Assembly: GCA_964057225.1 (NCBI GenBank)
Contig: OZ059899.1
Location: 10,726,001 to 10,790,000, forward strand
Reading direction: 5' to 3'
DNA: 64,000 bases
DNA from: Auanema rhodensis
Lineage: Eukaryota > Animalia > Nematoda
The stretch's first letter is position 1; each line of letters opens with the position of its first letter. The notes below the pieces were generated by a model. The model searched no databases. It had not been told where the DNA came from and was given only the letters and a program-made list of their open reading frames with translations. Below, in pieces: positions 37,001 to 50,000 of the stretch. The translations under genes and the position numbers were made by a program.

Positions 37001-40000
37001 GATCAGTCTGTTCTGTTGGAGAACTGTAAGACATAAAAGTTCAATCTAATAGGCTTTTTATTGAAGTAAATGTACAAGTTTAAATTGGATATCTAACAAT
37101 CTTTTTCATTTTATTACTTTTTGTTTGTTTTAAAGTAGGAAAAACTAGTTCTTTTCTTTTTAATTTCCATCCTAAATACTTTCGAATTCCAGAAAAATAT
37201 ATAAGGCCTTGGTCAACTAAGATTTCAGAAACTCTTATGAGAAAAAAAACTAAGACAATTGTGATGAGAGAAATTAAGAGAAAACCTATGGAGCTGACAT
37301 TACATTTTTCTACTATATCACTAGATTCGATATCATTGATATCCTGGAAACGTTATTCCTCTACTTTTTTATATCAAACGAGAGTTTAATGTAATCATAG
37401 AGAAATCAGGATCAGTCTGTTCTGTTGGAGAACTGTAAGACATAAAAGTTCAATCTAATATTCTTTTCATCAAAGTAAATGTACAAGTTTAAATTGGATA
37501 TCTAACAATCTTTTTCATTTTATTTCTTTTTGTTTGTTTTAAAGTAGGAAAAATTAGTTCTTTTATTCCTAGTTTGCATTCCAAATGCTTTCGAATTCCA
37601 GGAAAATATATAAGGCCTTGTTCAACTAAGATTTCAGAAACTCTTATGAGAAAAAAACTAAGACAATTGTGATGAGAGCAATTAAGAGAAAAACTATAGA
37701 GCTGACATTACATTTTTCGACAATATCAGTAGATTCGAAATAAATGATATCCTGGAAACGTTATTCCTCTCTTTTTTTTATATCAAACGAGAGTTTCATG
37801 TAATCGTAGAGAAATCAGGATCAGTCTGTTCTGTTGGAGAACTGTAAGACATAAAAGTTCAATCTAATAGGCTTTTTATTGAAGTAAATGTACAAGTTTA
37901 AATTGGATATCTAACAATCTTTTTCATTTTATTACTTTTTGTTTGTTTTAAAGTAGGAAAAACTAGTTCTTTTCTTTTTAATTTCCATCCTAAATACTTT
38001 CGAATTCCAGAAAAATATATAAGGCCTTGGTCAACTAAGATTTCAGAAACTCTTATGGGAAAAAAAACTAAGACAATTGTGATGAGAGAAATTAAGAGAA
38101 AAACTATGGAGCTGACATTACATTTTTCGACAATATCACTAGATTCGATATCATTGATATCCTGGAAACGTTATTCCTCTCCTTTTTTTATATCAAACGA
38201 GAGTTTATTGTAATCGTAGAGAAATCAGGATCAGTCTGTTCTGTTGGAGAACTGTAAGACATAAAAGTTCAATCTAATAGGCTTTTTATTGAAGTAAATG
38301 TACAAGTTTAAATTGGATATCTAACAATCTTTTTCATTTTATTACTTTTTGTTTGTTTTAAAGTAGGAAAAACTAGTTCTTTTCTTTTTAATTTGCATTC
38401 CAAATGCTTTCGAATTCCAGGAAAATATAAAAGGCCTTGTTCAACTAAGATTTCAGAAACTCTTATGAGAAAAAAAACTAAGAGAATTGTGATGAGAGCA
38501 ATTAAAAGAAAAACTATGGAGCTGACATTACATTTTTTGACAATATCAGTAGATTTGAAATAATTGATATCCTGGAAACGTTATTCCTCTCCTTTTTTTA
38601 TATCAAACGAGAGTTTTATGTAATCGTAGAGAAATCAGGATCAGTCTGTTCTGTTGGAGAACTGTAAGACATAAAAGTTCAATCTAATAGGCTTTTTATT
38701 GAAGTAAATGTACAAGTTTAAATTGGAAATCTAACAATCTTTTTCATTTTATTACTTTTTGTTTGTTTTAAAGTAGGAAAAACTAGTTCTTTTCTTTTTA
38801 ATTTCCATCCTAAATATTTTCGAATTCCAGAAAAATATATAAGGCCTTGGTCAACTAAGATTTCAGAAACTCTTATGGGAAAAAAAACTAAGACAATTGT
38901 GATGAGAGCAATTAAAAGAAAAACTATGGAGCTGACATTACATTTTTCGACAATATCAGTAGATTCGAAATAATTGATATCCTGGAAACGTTATTCCTCT
39001 CCTTTTTTTATATCAAACGAGAGTTTAATATAATCGTAGAGAAATCAGGATCAGTCTGTTCTGTTGGGGAACTGTAAAACATAAAAGTTCAATCTAATAG
39101 GCTTTTTATTGAAGAAAATGTACAGGTTTAAATTGGATATCTAACAATCTTTTTCATTTTATTACTTTTTGTTTGTTTTAAAGTAGGAAAAACTAGTTCT
39201 TTTCTTTTTAATTTCCATCCTAAATACTTTCGAATTCCAGAAAAATATATAAGGCCTTGGTCAACTAAGATTTCAGAAACTCTTATGAGAAAAAAAACTA
39301 AGACAATTGTGATGAGAGAAATTAAGAGAAAACCTATGGAGCTGACATTACATTTTTCTACTATATCACTAGATTCGATATCATTGATATCCTGGAAACG
39401 TTATTCCTCTACTTTTTTATATCAAACGAGAGTTTAATGTAATCATAGAGAAATCAGGATCAGTCTGTTCTGTTGGAGAACTGTAAGACATAAAAGTTCA
39501 ATCTAATATTCTTTTCATCAAAGTAAATGTACAAGTTTAAATTGGATATCTAACAATCTTTTTCATTTTATTTCTTTTTGTTTGTTTTAAAGTAGGAAAA
39601 ATTAGTTCTTTTATTCCTAGTTTGCATTCCAAATGCTTTCGAATTCCAGGAAAATATATAAGGCCTTGTTCAACTAAGATTTCAGAAACTCTTATGAGAA
39701 AAAAACTAAGACAATTGTGATGAGAGCAATTAAGAGAAAAACTATGGAGCTGACATTACATTTTTCGACAATATCAGTAGATTCGAAATAAATGATATCC
39801 TGGAAACGTTATTCCTCTCTTTTTTTTATATCAAACGAGAGTTTCATGTAATCGTAGAGAAATCAGGATCAGTCTGTTCTGTTGGAGAACTGTAAGACAT
39901 AAAAGTTCAATCTAATAGGCTTTTTATTGAAGTAAATGTACAAGTTTAAATTGGATATCTAACAATCTTTTTCATTTTATTACTTTTTGTTTGTTTTAAA

Positions 40001-42200
40001 GTAGGAAAAACTAGTTCTTTTCTTTTTAATTTCCATCCTAAATACTTTCGAATTCCAGAAAAATATATAAGGCCTTGGTCAACTAAGATTTCAGAAACTC
40101 TTATGGGAAAAAAAACTAAGACAATTGTGATGAGAGAAATTAAGAGAAAAACTATGGAGCTGACATTACATTTTTCGACAATATCACTAGATTCGATATC
40201 ATTGATATCCTGGAAACGTTATTCCTCTCCTTTTTTTATATCAAACGAGAGTTTATTGTAATCGTAGAGAAATCAGGATCAGTCTGTTCTGTTGGAGAAC
40301 TGTAAGACATAAAAGTTCAATCTAATAGGCTTTTTATTGAAGTAAATGTACAAGTTTAAATTGGATATCTAACAATCTTTTTCATTTTATTACTTTTTGT
40401 TTGTTTTAAAGTAGGAAAAACTAGTTCTTTTCTTTTTAATTTCCATCCTAAATACTTTCGAATTCCAGAAAAATATATAAGGCCTTGGTCAACTAAGATT
40501 TCAGAAACTCTTATGAGAAAAAAAACTAAGACAATTGTGATGAGAGAAATTAAGAGAAAACCTATGGAGCTGACATTACATTTTTCTACTATATCACTAG
40601 ATTCGATATCATTGATATCCTGGAAACGTTATTCCTCTACTTTTTTATATCAAACGAGAGTTTAATGTAATCATAGAGAAATCAGGATCAGTCTGTTCTG
40701 TTGGAGAACTGTAAGACATAAAAGTTCAATCTAATATTCTTTTCATCAAAGTAAATGTACAAGTTTAAATTGGATATCTAACAATCTTTTTCATTTTATT
40801 TCTTTTTGTTTGTTTTAAAGTAGGAAAAATTAGTTCTTTTATTCCTAGTTTGCATTCCAAATGCTTTCGAATTCCAGGAAAATATATAAGGCCTTGTTCA
40901 ACTAAGATTTCAGAAACTCTTATGAGAAAAAAACTAAGACAATTGTGATGAGAGCAATTAAGAGAAAAACTATGGAGCTGACATTACATTTTTCGACAAT
41001 ATCAGTAGATTCGAAATAAATGATATCCTGGAAACGTTATTCCTCTCTTTTTTTTATATCAAACGAGAGTTTCATGTAATCGTAGAGAAATCAGGATCAG
41101 TCTGTTCTGTTGGAGAACTGTAAGACATAAAAGTTCAATCTAATAGGCTTTTTATTGAAGTAAATGTACAAGTTTAAATTGGATATCTAACAATCTTTTT
41201 CATTTTATTACTTTTTGTTTGTTTTAAAGTAGGAAAAACTAGTTCTTTTCTTTTTAATTTCCATCCTAAATACTTTCGAATTCCAGAAAAATATATAAGG
41301 CCTTGGTCAACTAAGATTTCAGAAACTCTTATGGGAAAAAAAACTAAGACAATTGTGATGAGAGAAATTAAGAGAAAAACTATGGAGCTGACATTACATT
41401 TTTCGACAATATCACTAGATTCGATATCATTGATATCCTGGAAACGTTATTCCTCTCCTTTTTTTATATCAAACGAGAGTTTATTGTAATCGTAGAGAAA
41501 TCAGGATCAGTCTGTTCTGTTGGAGAACTGTAAGACATAAAAGTTCAATCTAATAGGCTTTTTATTGAAGTAAATGTACAAGTTTAAATTGGATATCTAA
41601 CAATCTTTTTCATTTTATTACTTTTTGTTTGTTTTAAAGTAGGAAAAACTAGTTCTTTTCTTTTTAATTTGCATTCCAAATGCTTTCGAATTCCAGGAAA
41701 ATATAAAAGGCCTTGTTCAACTAAGATTTCAGAAACTCTTATGAGAAAAAAAACTAAGAGAATTGTGATGAGAGCAATTAAAAGAAAAACTATGGAGCTG
41801 ACATTACATTTTTTGACAATATCAGTAGATTTGAAATAATTGATATCCTGGAAACGTTATTCCTCTCCTTTTTTTATATCAAACGAGAGTTTTATGTAAT
41901 CGTAGAGAAATCAGGATCAGTCTGTTCTGTTGGAGAACTGTAAGACATAAAAGTTCAATCTAATAGGCTTTTTATTGAAGTAAATGTACAAGTTTAAATT
42001 GGAAATCTAACAATCTTTTTCATTTTATTACTTTTTGTTTGTTTTAAAGTAGGAAAAACTAGTTCTTTTCTTTTTAATTTCCATCCTAAATATTTTCGAA
42101 TTCCAGAAAAATATATAAGGCCTTGGTCAACTAAGATTTCAGAAACTCTTATGGGAAAAAAAACTAAGACAATTGTGATGAGAGCAATTAAAAGAAAAAC
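35750..42200. repeat. 8-monomer duplication (3276 bp), each unit containing two copies of a 3-monomer unit (1228 bp)
   Basis: A trimer (CTACTATATC+TAATATTCTTTTC / GAGCAATT+AAATAAATG / ATGGGA+TTTATTGTA) starts at 36005, 37233, 39281 and 40509. AAGAGAATTG and AAATATTTTCG occur in monomers 38461 and 41737. Confidence 0.9.
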
Positions 42201-45200
42201 TATGGAGCTGACATTACATTTTTTGACAATATCAGTAGATTTGAAATAATTGATATCCTGGAAACGTTATTCCTCTCCTTTTTTTATATCAAACGAGAGT
42301 TTTATGTAATCGTAGAGAAATCAGGATCAGTCTGTTCTGTTGGAGAACTGTAAGACATAAAAGTTCAATCTAATAGGCTTTTTATTGAAGTAAATGTACA
42401 AGTTTAAATTGGAAATCTAACAATCTTTTTCATTTTATTTTTTTTCTTTGTTTTAAAGTAGGAAAAACTAGTTCTTTTCTTTCTAATTTCCATTCCAAAT
42501 GCTTTCGAATTCCAGGAAAATATATGAGGCCTTGGTCAACTAAGATTTCAGAAACTCTTATGAAAAAAAACTAAGACAATTGTGATGAGAGCAATTAAGA
42601 GAAAAACTATGGAGCTGACATTACATTTTTCGACAATATCAGTAGATTCGAAATAATTGATATCCTGGAAACGTTATTCCTCTCCTTTTTTTATATCAAA
42701 CGAGAGTTTTATGTAATCGTAGAGAAATCAGGATCAGTCTGTTCTGTTGGAGAACTGTAAGACATAAAAGTTCAATCTAATATTCTTTTCATCAAAGTAA
42801 ATGTACAAGTTTAAATTGGATATCTAACAATCTTTTTCATTTTATTTCTTTTTGTTTGTTTTAAAGTAGGAAAAATTAGTTCTTTTATTCCTAGTTTGCA
42901 TTCCAAATGTTTTCGAATTCCAGGAAAATATATAAGGCCTTGTTCAACTAAGATTTCAGAAGCTCTTATGAGAAAAAAACTAAGACAATTGTGATGAGAG
43001 CAATTAAGAGAAAAACTATGGAGCTGACATTACATTTTTCGACAATATCAGTAGATTCGAAATAAATGATATCCTGGAAACGTTATTCCTCTCTTTTTTT
43101 TATATCAAACGAGAGTTTCATGTAATCGTAGAGAAATCAGGATCAGTCTGTTCTGTTGGAGAACTGTAAGACATAAAAGTTCAATCTAATAGGCTTTTTA
43201 TTGAAGTAAATGTACAAGTTTAAATTGGATATCTAACAATCTTTTTCATTTTATTACTTTTTGTTTGTTTTAAAGTAGGAAAAACTAGTTCTTTTCTTTT
43301 TAATTTCCATCCTAAATACTTTCGAATTCCAGAAAAATATATAAGGCCTTGGTCAACTAAGATTTCAGAAACTCTTATGGGAAAAAAAACTAAGACAATT
43401 GTGATGAGAGAAATTAAGAGAAAAACTATGGAGCTGACATTACATTTTTCGACAATATCACTAGATTCGATATCATTGATATCCTGGAAACGTTATTCCT
43501 CTCCTTTTTTTATATCAAACGAGAGTTTATTGTAATCGTAGAGAAATCAGGATCAGTCTGTTCTGTTGGAGAACTGTAAGACATAAAAGTTCAATCTAAT
43601 AGGCTTTTTATTGAAGTAAATGTACAAGTTTAAATTGGATATCTAACAATCTTTTTCATTTTATTACTTTTTGTTTGTTTTAAAGTAGGAAAAACTAGTT
43701 CTTTTCTTTTTAATTTGCATTCCAAATGCTTTCGAATTCCAGGAAAATATAAAAGGCCTTGTTCAACTAAGATTTCAGAAACTCTTATGAGAAAAAAAAC
43801 TAAGACAATTGTGATGAGAGCAATTAAGAGAAAAACTATGGAGCTGACATTACATTTTTTGACAATATCAGTAGATTTGAAATAATTGATATCCTGGAAA
43901 CGTTATTCCTCTCCTTTTTTTATATCAAACGAGAGTTTCATGTAATCGTAGAGAAATCAGGATCAGTCTGTTCTGTTGGAGAACTGTAATACATAAAAGT
44001 TCAATCTAATAGGTTTTTTATCGCAGTTAATGTACAAGTTTAAATTGGATATCTAACAATCTTTTTCATTTTATTTCTTTTTGTTTGTGTTAAAGTAGGA
44101 AAAACTAGTTTTTTTCTTTCTGATTTCCATTCCAAATGCTTTCGAATTCCAGGAAAATATATAAGGCCTTGGTCAACTAAGATTTCAGAAACTCTTACGG
44201 GAAAAAAAACTAAGAAAATTGTGATGAGAGAAATTACGAGAAAACCTATTGAGCTGACATTACATTTTTCGACAATATCACTAGATTCGATATCATTGAT
44301 ATCCTGGAAACGTTATTCCTCTTTTTTTTATATCAAACGAGAGTTTAATGTAATCGTAGAGAAATCAGGATCAGTCTGTTCTGTTGGAGAACTGTAAGAT
44401 ATAAAAGTTCAATCTAATAGGCTTTTTATTGAAGTAAATGTACAAGTTTAAATTGGATATCTAACAATCTTTTTCATTTTATTACTTTTTGTTTGTTTTA
44501 AAGTAGGAAAAACTAGTTCTTTTCTTTTTAATTTCCATTCCAAATGCTTTCGAATTCCAGGAAAATATAAAAGGCCTTGTTCAACTAAGATTCCAGAAAC
44601 TCTTATGAGAAAAAAAACTAAGACAATTGTGATGAGAGCAATTAAGAGAAAAACTATGGAGCTGACATTACATTTTTTGACAATATCAGTAGATTTGAAA
44701 TAATTGATATCCTGGAAACGTTATTCCTCTCCTTTTTTTATATCAAACGAGAGTTTTATGTAATCGTAGAGAAATCAGGATCAGTCTGTTCTGTTGGAGA
44801 ACTGTAATACATAAAAGTTCAATCTAATAGGCTTTTTATCGCAGTTAATGTACAAGTTTAAATTGGATATCTAACAATCTTTTTCATTTTATTTCTTTTT
44901 GTTTGTTTTAAAGTAGGAAAAATTAGTTCTTTTCTTTTTAATTTCCATCCTAAATGCTTTCGAATTCCAGGAAAATATATGAGGCCTTGGTCAACTAAGA
45001 TTTCAAAAACTCTTATGAGAAAAAAAACTAAAACAATTGTGATGAGAGCAATTAAGAGAAAAACTATGGAGCTGACATTACATTTTTCGACAATATCACT
45101 AGATTCGATATCATTGATATCCTGGAAACGTTATTCCTCTTTTTTTTTATATCAAACGAGAGTTTAATGTAATCGTAGAGAAATCAGGATCAGTCTGTTC

Positions 45201-45419
45201 TGTTGGAGAACTGTAAGATATAAAAGTTCAATCTAATAGGCTTTTTATTGAAGTAAATGTACAAGTTTAAATTGGATATCTAACAATCTTTTTCATTTTA
45301 TTACTTTTTGTTTGTTTTAAAGTAGTAAAAACTAGTTCTTTTCTTTTTAATTTCCATCCTAAACACTTTCGAATTCCAGAAAAATATATAAGGCCTTGGT
45401 CAACTAAGATTTCAGAAAC

Positions 45420-45829
45420 TCTTATGAGAAAAAAAACTAAGACAATTGTGATGAGAGAAATTAAGAGAAAACCTATGGAGCTGACATTACATTTTTCGAC
45501 AATATCACTAGATTCGAAATCATTGTTATCCTGGAAACGTTATTTCTCTCCTTTTTCTATATCAAACGGGAGTTTTATGTAATTGTAGAGAAATCAAGAT
45601 CAGTCTGTTCTGTTGGAGTACTGTAAGACAGAAAATTTCAATCTAATAGGCTCTTTATCAATGTTAATGTATGAGTTTAAATTGGATATCTAACAATCTT
45701 TTTCATTTTATTTCTTATTGTTTGTTTTAAAGTAGGAAAAACTAGTTCTTTTCTTTTTAATTTCCATCCTAAATACTTTCGAATTCCAGAAAAATATATA
45801 AGGCCTTGGTCAACTAAGATTTCAGAAAC
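45420..45829. repeat. Divergent monomer subtype D (copy 1)
   Basis: Linked private changes: GAAATCATTGTTATCC, TTATTTCTC, TTCTATATCAAACGGGAG, AATCAAGATC, GGAGTACTG, ACAGAAAATT, GGCTCTT, TCAATGTTAATGTATGAG, TTCTTATTG. Confidence 0.92.
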
Positions 45830-47056
45830 TCTTATGAAAAAAAACTAAGACAATTGTGATGAGAGAAATTAAGAGAAAACCTATGGAGCTGACATTACAT
45901 TTTTCTACTATATCACTAGATTTGAAATAATTGATATCCTGGAAACGTTATTCCTCTACTTTTTTATATCAAACGAGAGTTTAATGTAATCATAGAGAAA
46001 TCAGGATCAGTCTGTTCTGTTGGAGAACTGTAAGACATAAAAGTTCAATCTAATATTCTTTTCATCAGAGTAAATGTACAAGTTTAAATTGGATATCTAA
46101 CAATCTTTTTCATTTTATTACTTTTTGTTTGTTTTAAAGTAGGAAAAACTAGTTCTTTTCTTTTTAATTTCCATCCTAAATACTTTCGAATTCCAGAAAA
46201 ATATATAAGGCCTTGGTCAACTAAGATTTCAGAAACTCTTACGGGAAAAAAAACTAAGACAATTGTGATGAGAGAAATTAAGAGAAAAACTATGGAGCTG
46301 ACATTACATTTTTCGACAATATCACTAGATTCGATATCATTGATATCCTGGAAACGTTATTCCTCTCCTTTTTTTATATCAAACGAGAGTTTATTGTAAT
46401 CGTAGAGAAATCAGGATCAGTCTGTTCTGTTGGAGAACTGTAAGACATAAAAGTTCAATCTAATAGGCTTTTTATTGAAGTAAATGTACAAGTTTAAATT
46501 GGATATCTAACAATCTTTTTCATTTTATTACTTTTTGTTTGTTTTAAAGTAGGAAAAACTAGTTCTTTTCTTTTTAATTTGCATTCCAAATGCTTTCGAA
46601 TTCCAGGAAAATATAAAAGGCCTTGTTCAACTAAGATTTCAGAAACTCTTATGAGAAAAAAAACTAAGACAATTGTGATGAGAGCAATTAAGAGAAAAAC
46701 TATGGAGCTGACATTACATTTTTTGACAATATCAGTAGATTTGAAATAATTGATATCCTGGAAACGTTATTCCTCTCCTTTTTTTATATCAAACGAGAGT
46801 TTTATGTAATCGTAGAGAAATCAGGATCAGTCTGTTCTGTTGGAGAACTGTAATACATAAAAGTTCAATCTAATAGGCTTTTCATCGCAGTTAATGTACA
46901 AGTTTAAATTGGATATCTAACAATCTTTTTCATTTTATTACTTTTTGTTTGTTTTAAAGTAGGAAAAACTAGTTCTTTTCTTTCTGATTTCCATTCCAAA
47001 TGCTTTCGAATTCCAGGAAAATATATAAGGCCTTGGTCAACTAAGATTTCAGAAAC

Positions 47057-50000
47057 TCTTATGAAAAAAAACTAAGACAATTGTGATGAGAGCAATTAAG
47101 AGAAAAACTATGGAGCTGACATTACATTTTTCGACAATATCAGTAGATTCGAAATAATTGATATCCTGGAAACGTTATTCCTCTCCTTTTTTTATATCAA
47201 ACGAGAGTTTTATGTAATCGTAGAGAAATCAGGATCAGTCTGTTCTGTTGGAGAACTGTAATACATAAAAGTTCAATCTAATAGGCTTTTTATCGCAGTT
47301 AATGTACAAGTTTAAATTGGATATCTAACAATCTTTTTCATTTTATTTCTTTTTGTTTGTTTTAAAGTAGGAAAAACTAGTTTTTTTCTTTCTGATTTCC
47401 ATTCCAAATGCTTTCGAATTCCAGGAAAATATATAAGGCCTTGTTCAACTAAAATTTCAGAAACTCTTATGAGAAAAAAAACTAAGAAAATTGTGATGAG
47501 AGAAATTACGAGACAACCTATTGAGCTGACATTACATTTTTCGACAATATCACTAGATTCGATATCATTGATATCCTGGAAACGTTATTCCTCTTTTTTT
47601 TTATATCAAACGAGAGTTTAATGTAATCGTAGAGAAATCAGGATCAGTCTGTTCTGTTGGAGAACTGTAAGATATAAAAGTTCAATCTAATAGGCTTTTT
47701 ATTGAAGTAAATGTACAAGTTTAAATTGGATATCTAACAATCTTTTTCATTTTATTACTTTTTGTTTGTTTTAAAGTAGGAAAAACTAGTTCTTCTCTTT
47801 TTAATTTCCATCCTAAATACTTTCGAATTCCAGAAAAATTTATAAGGCCTTGGTCAACTAAGATTTCAGAAACTCTTATGAAAAAAAACTAAGACAATTG
47901 TGATGAGAGAAATTAAAAGAAAAACTATGGAGCTGACATTACATTTTTCGACAATATCAGTAGAATCGAAATAATTGATATCCTGGAAACGTTATTCCTC
48001 TCCTTTTTTTATATCAAACGAGAGTTTATTGTAATCGTAGAGAAATCAGGATCAGTCTGTTCTGTTGGAGAACTGTAAGACATAAAAGTTCAATCTAATA
48101 GGCTTTTTTCCGAAGTAAATGTACAAGTTTAAATTGGATATCTAACAATCTTTTTAATTTAACTTCTTTTTGTTTGTTTTAAAGTAGGAAAAATTAGTTC
48201 TTTTCTTTTTAATTTCCATCCTAAATGCTTTCGAATTCCAGGAAAATATATGAGGCCTTGGTCAACTAAGATTTCAAAAACTCTTATGAGAAAAAAAACT
48301 AAGACAATTGTGATAAGAGCAATTAAGAGAAAAACTATGGAGCTGACATTACATTTTTCGACAATATCAGTAGATTCGAAATAATTGATATCCTGGAAAC
48401 GTTATTCCTCTCCTTTTTTTATATCAAACGAGAGTTTAATATAATCGTAGAGAAATCAGGATCAGTCTGTTCTGTTGGAGAACTGTAAGATATAAAAGTT
48501 CAATCTAATAGGCTTTTTATTGAAGTAAATGTACAAGTTTAAATTGGATATCTAACAATCTTTTTCATTTTATTACTTTTTGTTTGTTTTAAAGTAGGAA
48601 AAACTAGTTCTTTTCTTTCTGATTTCCATTCCAAATGCTTTCGAATTCCAGGAAAATATATAAGGCCTTGGTCAACTAAGATTTCAGAAACTCTTATGAA
48701 AAAAAACTAAGACAATTGTGATGAGAGCAATTAAGAGAAAAACTATGGAGCTGACATTACATTTTTCGACAATATCAGTAGATTCGAAATAATTGATATC
48801 CTGGAAACGTTATTCCTCTCCTTTTTTTATATCAAACGAGAGTTTTATGTAATCGTAGAGAAATCAGGATCAGTCTGTTCTGTTGGAGAACTGTAATACA
48901 TAAAAGTTCAATCTAATAGGCTTTTTATCGCAGTTAATGTACAAGTTTAAATTGGATATCTAACAATCTTTTTCATTTTATTACTTTTTGTTTGTTTTAA
49001 AGTAGGAAAAACTAGTTCTTTTCTTTTTAATTTCCATCCTAAATACTTTCGAATTCCAGAAAAATTTATAAGGCCTTGGTCAACTAAGATTTCAGAAACT
49101 CTTATGAAAAAAAACTAAGACAATTGTGATGAGAGAAATTAAAAGAAAAACTATGGAGCTGACATTACATTTTTCGACAATATCAGTAGAATCGAAATAA
49201 TTGATATCCTGGAAACGTTATTCCTCTCCTTTTTTTATATCAAACGAGAGTTTATTGTAATCGTAGAGAAATCAGGATCAGTCTGTTCTGTTGGAGAACT
49301 GTAAGACATAAAAGTTCAATCTAATAGGCTTTTTTCCGAAGTAAATGTACAAGTTTAAATTGGATATCTAACAATCTTTTTAATTTAACTTCTTTTTGTT
49401 TGTTTTAAAGTAGGAAAAATTAGTTCTTTTCTTTTTAATTTCCATCCTAAATGCTTTCGAATTCCAGGAAAATATATGAGGCCTTGGTCAACTAAGATTT
49501 CAAAAACTCTTATGAGAAAAAAAACTAAGACAATTGTGATGAGAGCAATTAAGAGAAAAACTATGGAGCTGACATTACATTTTTCGACAATATCAGTAGA
49601 TTCGAAATAATTAATATCCTGGAAACGTTATTCCTCTCCTTTTTTTATATCAAACGAGAGTTTAATATAATCGTAGAGAAATCAGGATCAGTCTGTTCTG
49701 TTGGAGAACTGTAAGATATAAAAGTTCAATCTAATAGGCTTTTTATTGAAGTAAATGTACAAGTTTAAATTGGATATCTAACAATCTTTTTCATTTTATT
49801 ACTTTTTGTTTGTTTTAAAGTAGGAAAAACTAGTTCTTTTCTTTTTAATTTCCATTCCAAATGCTTTCGAATTCCAGGAAAATATAAAAGGCCTTGTTCA
49901 ACTAAGATTCCAGAAACTCTTATGAGAAAAAAAACTAAGACAATTGTGATGAGAGCAATTAAGAGAAAAACTATGGAGCTGACATTACATTTTTTGACAA

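Noticed and set aside
45555-45571. CENP-B box-like TTCTATATCAAACGGGA in subtype D
   Set aside because: Only the right half (AAACGGGA) matches; the required TTCG at positions 2-5 is absent. None of the TTCG sites in standard monomers is followed by a correctly spaced CGGG.
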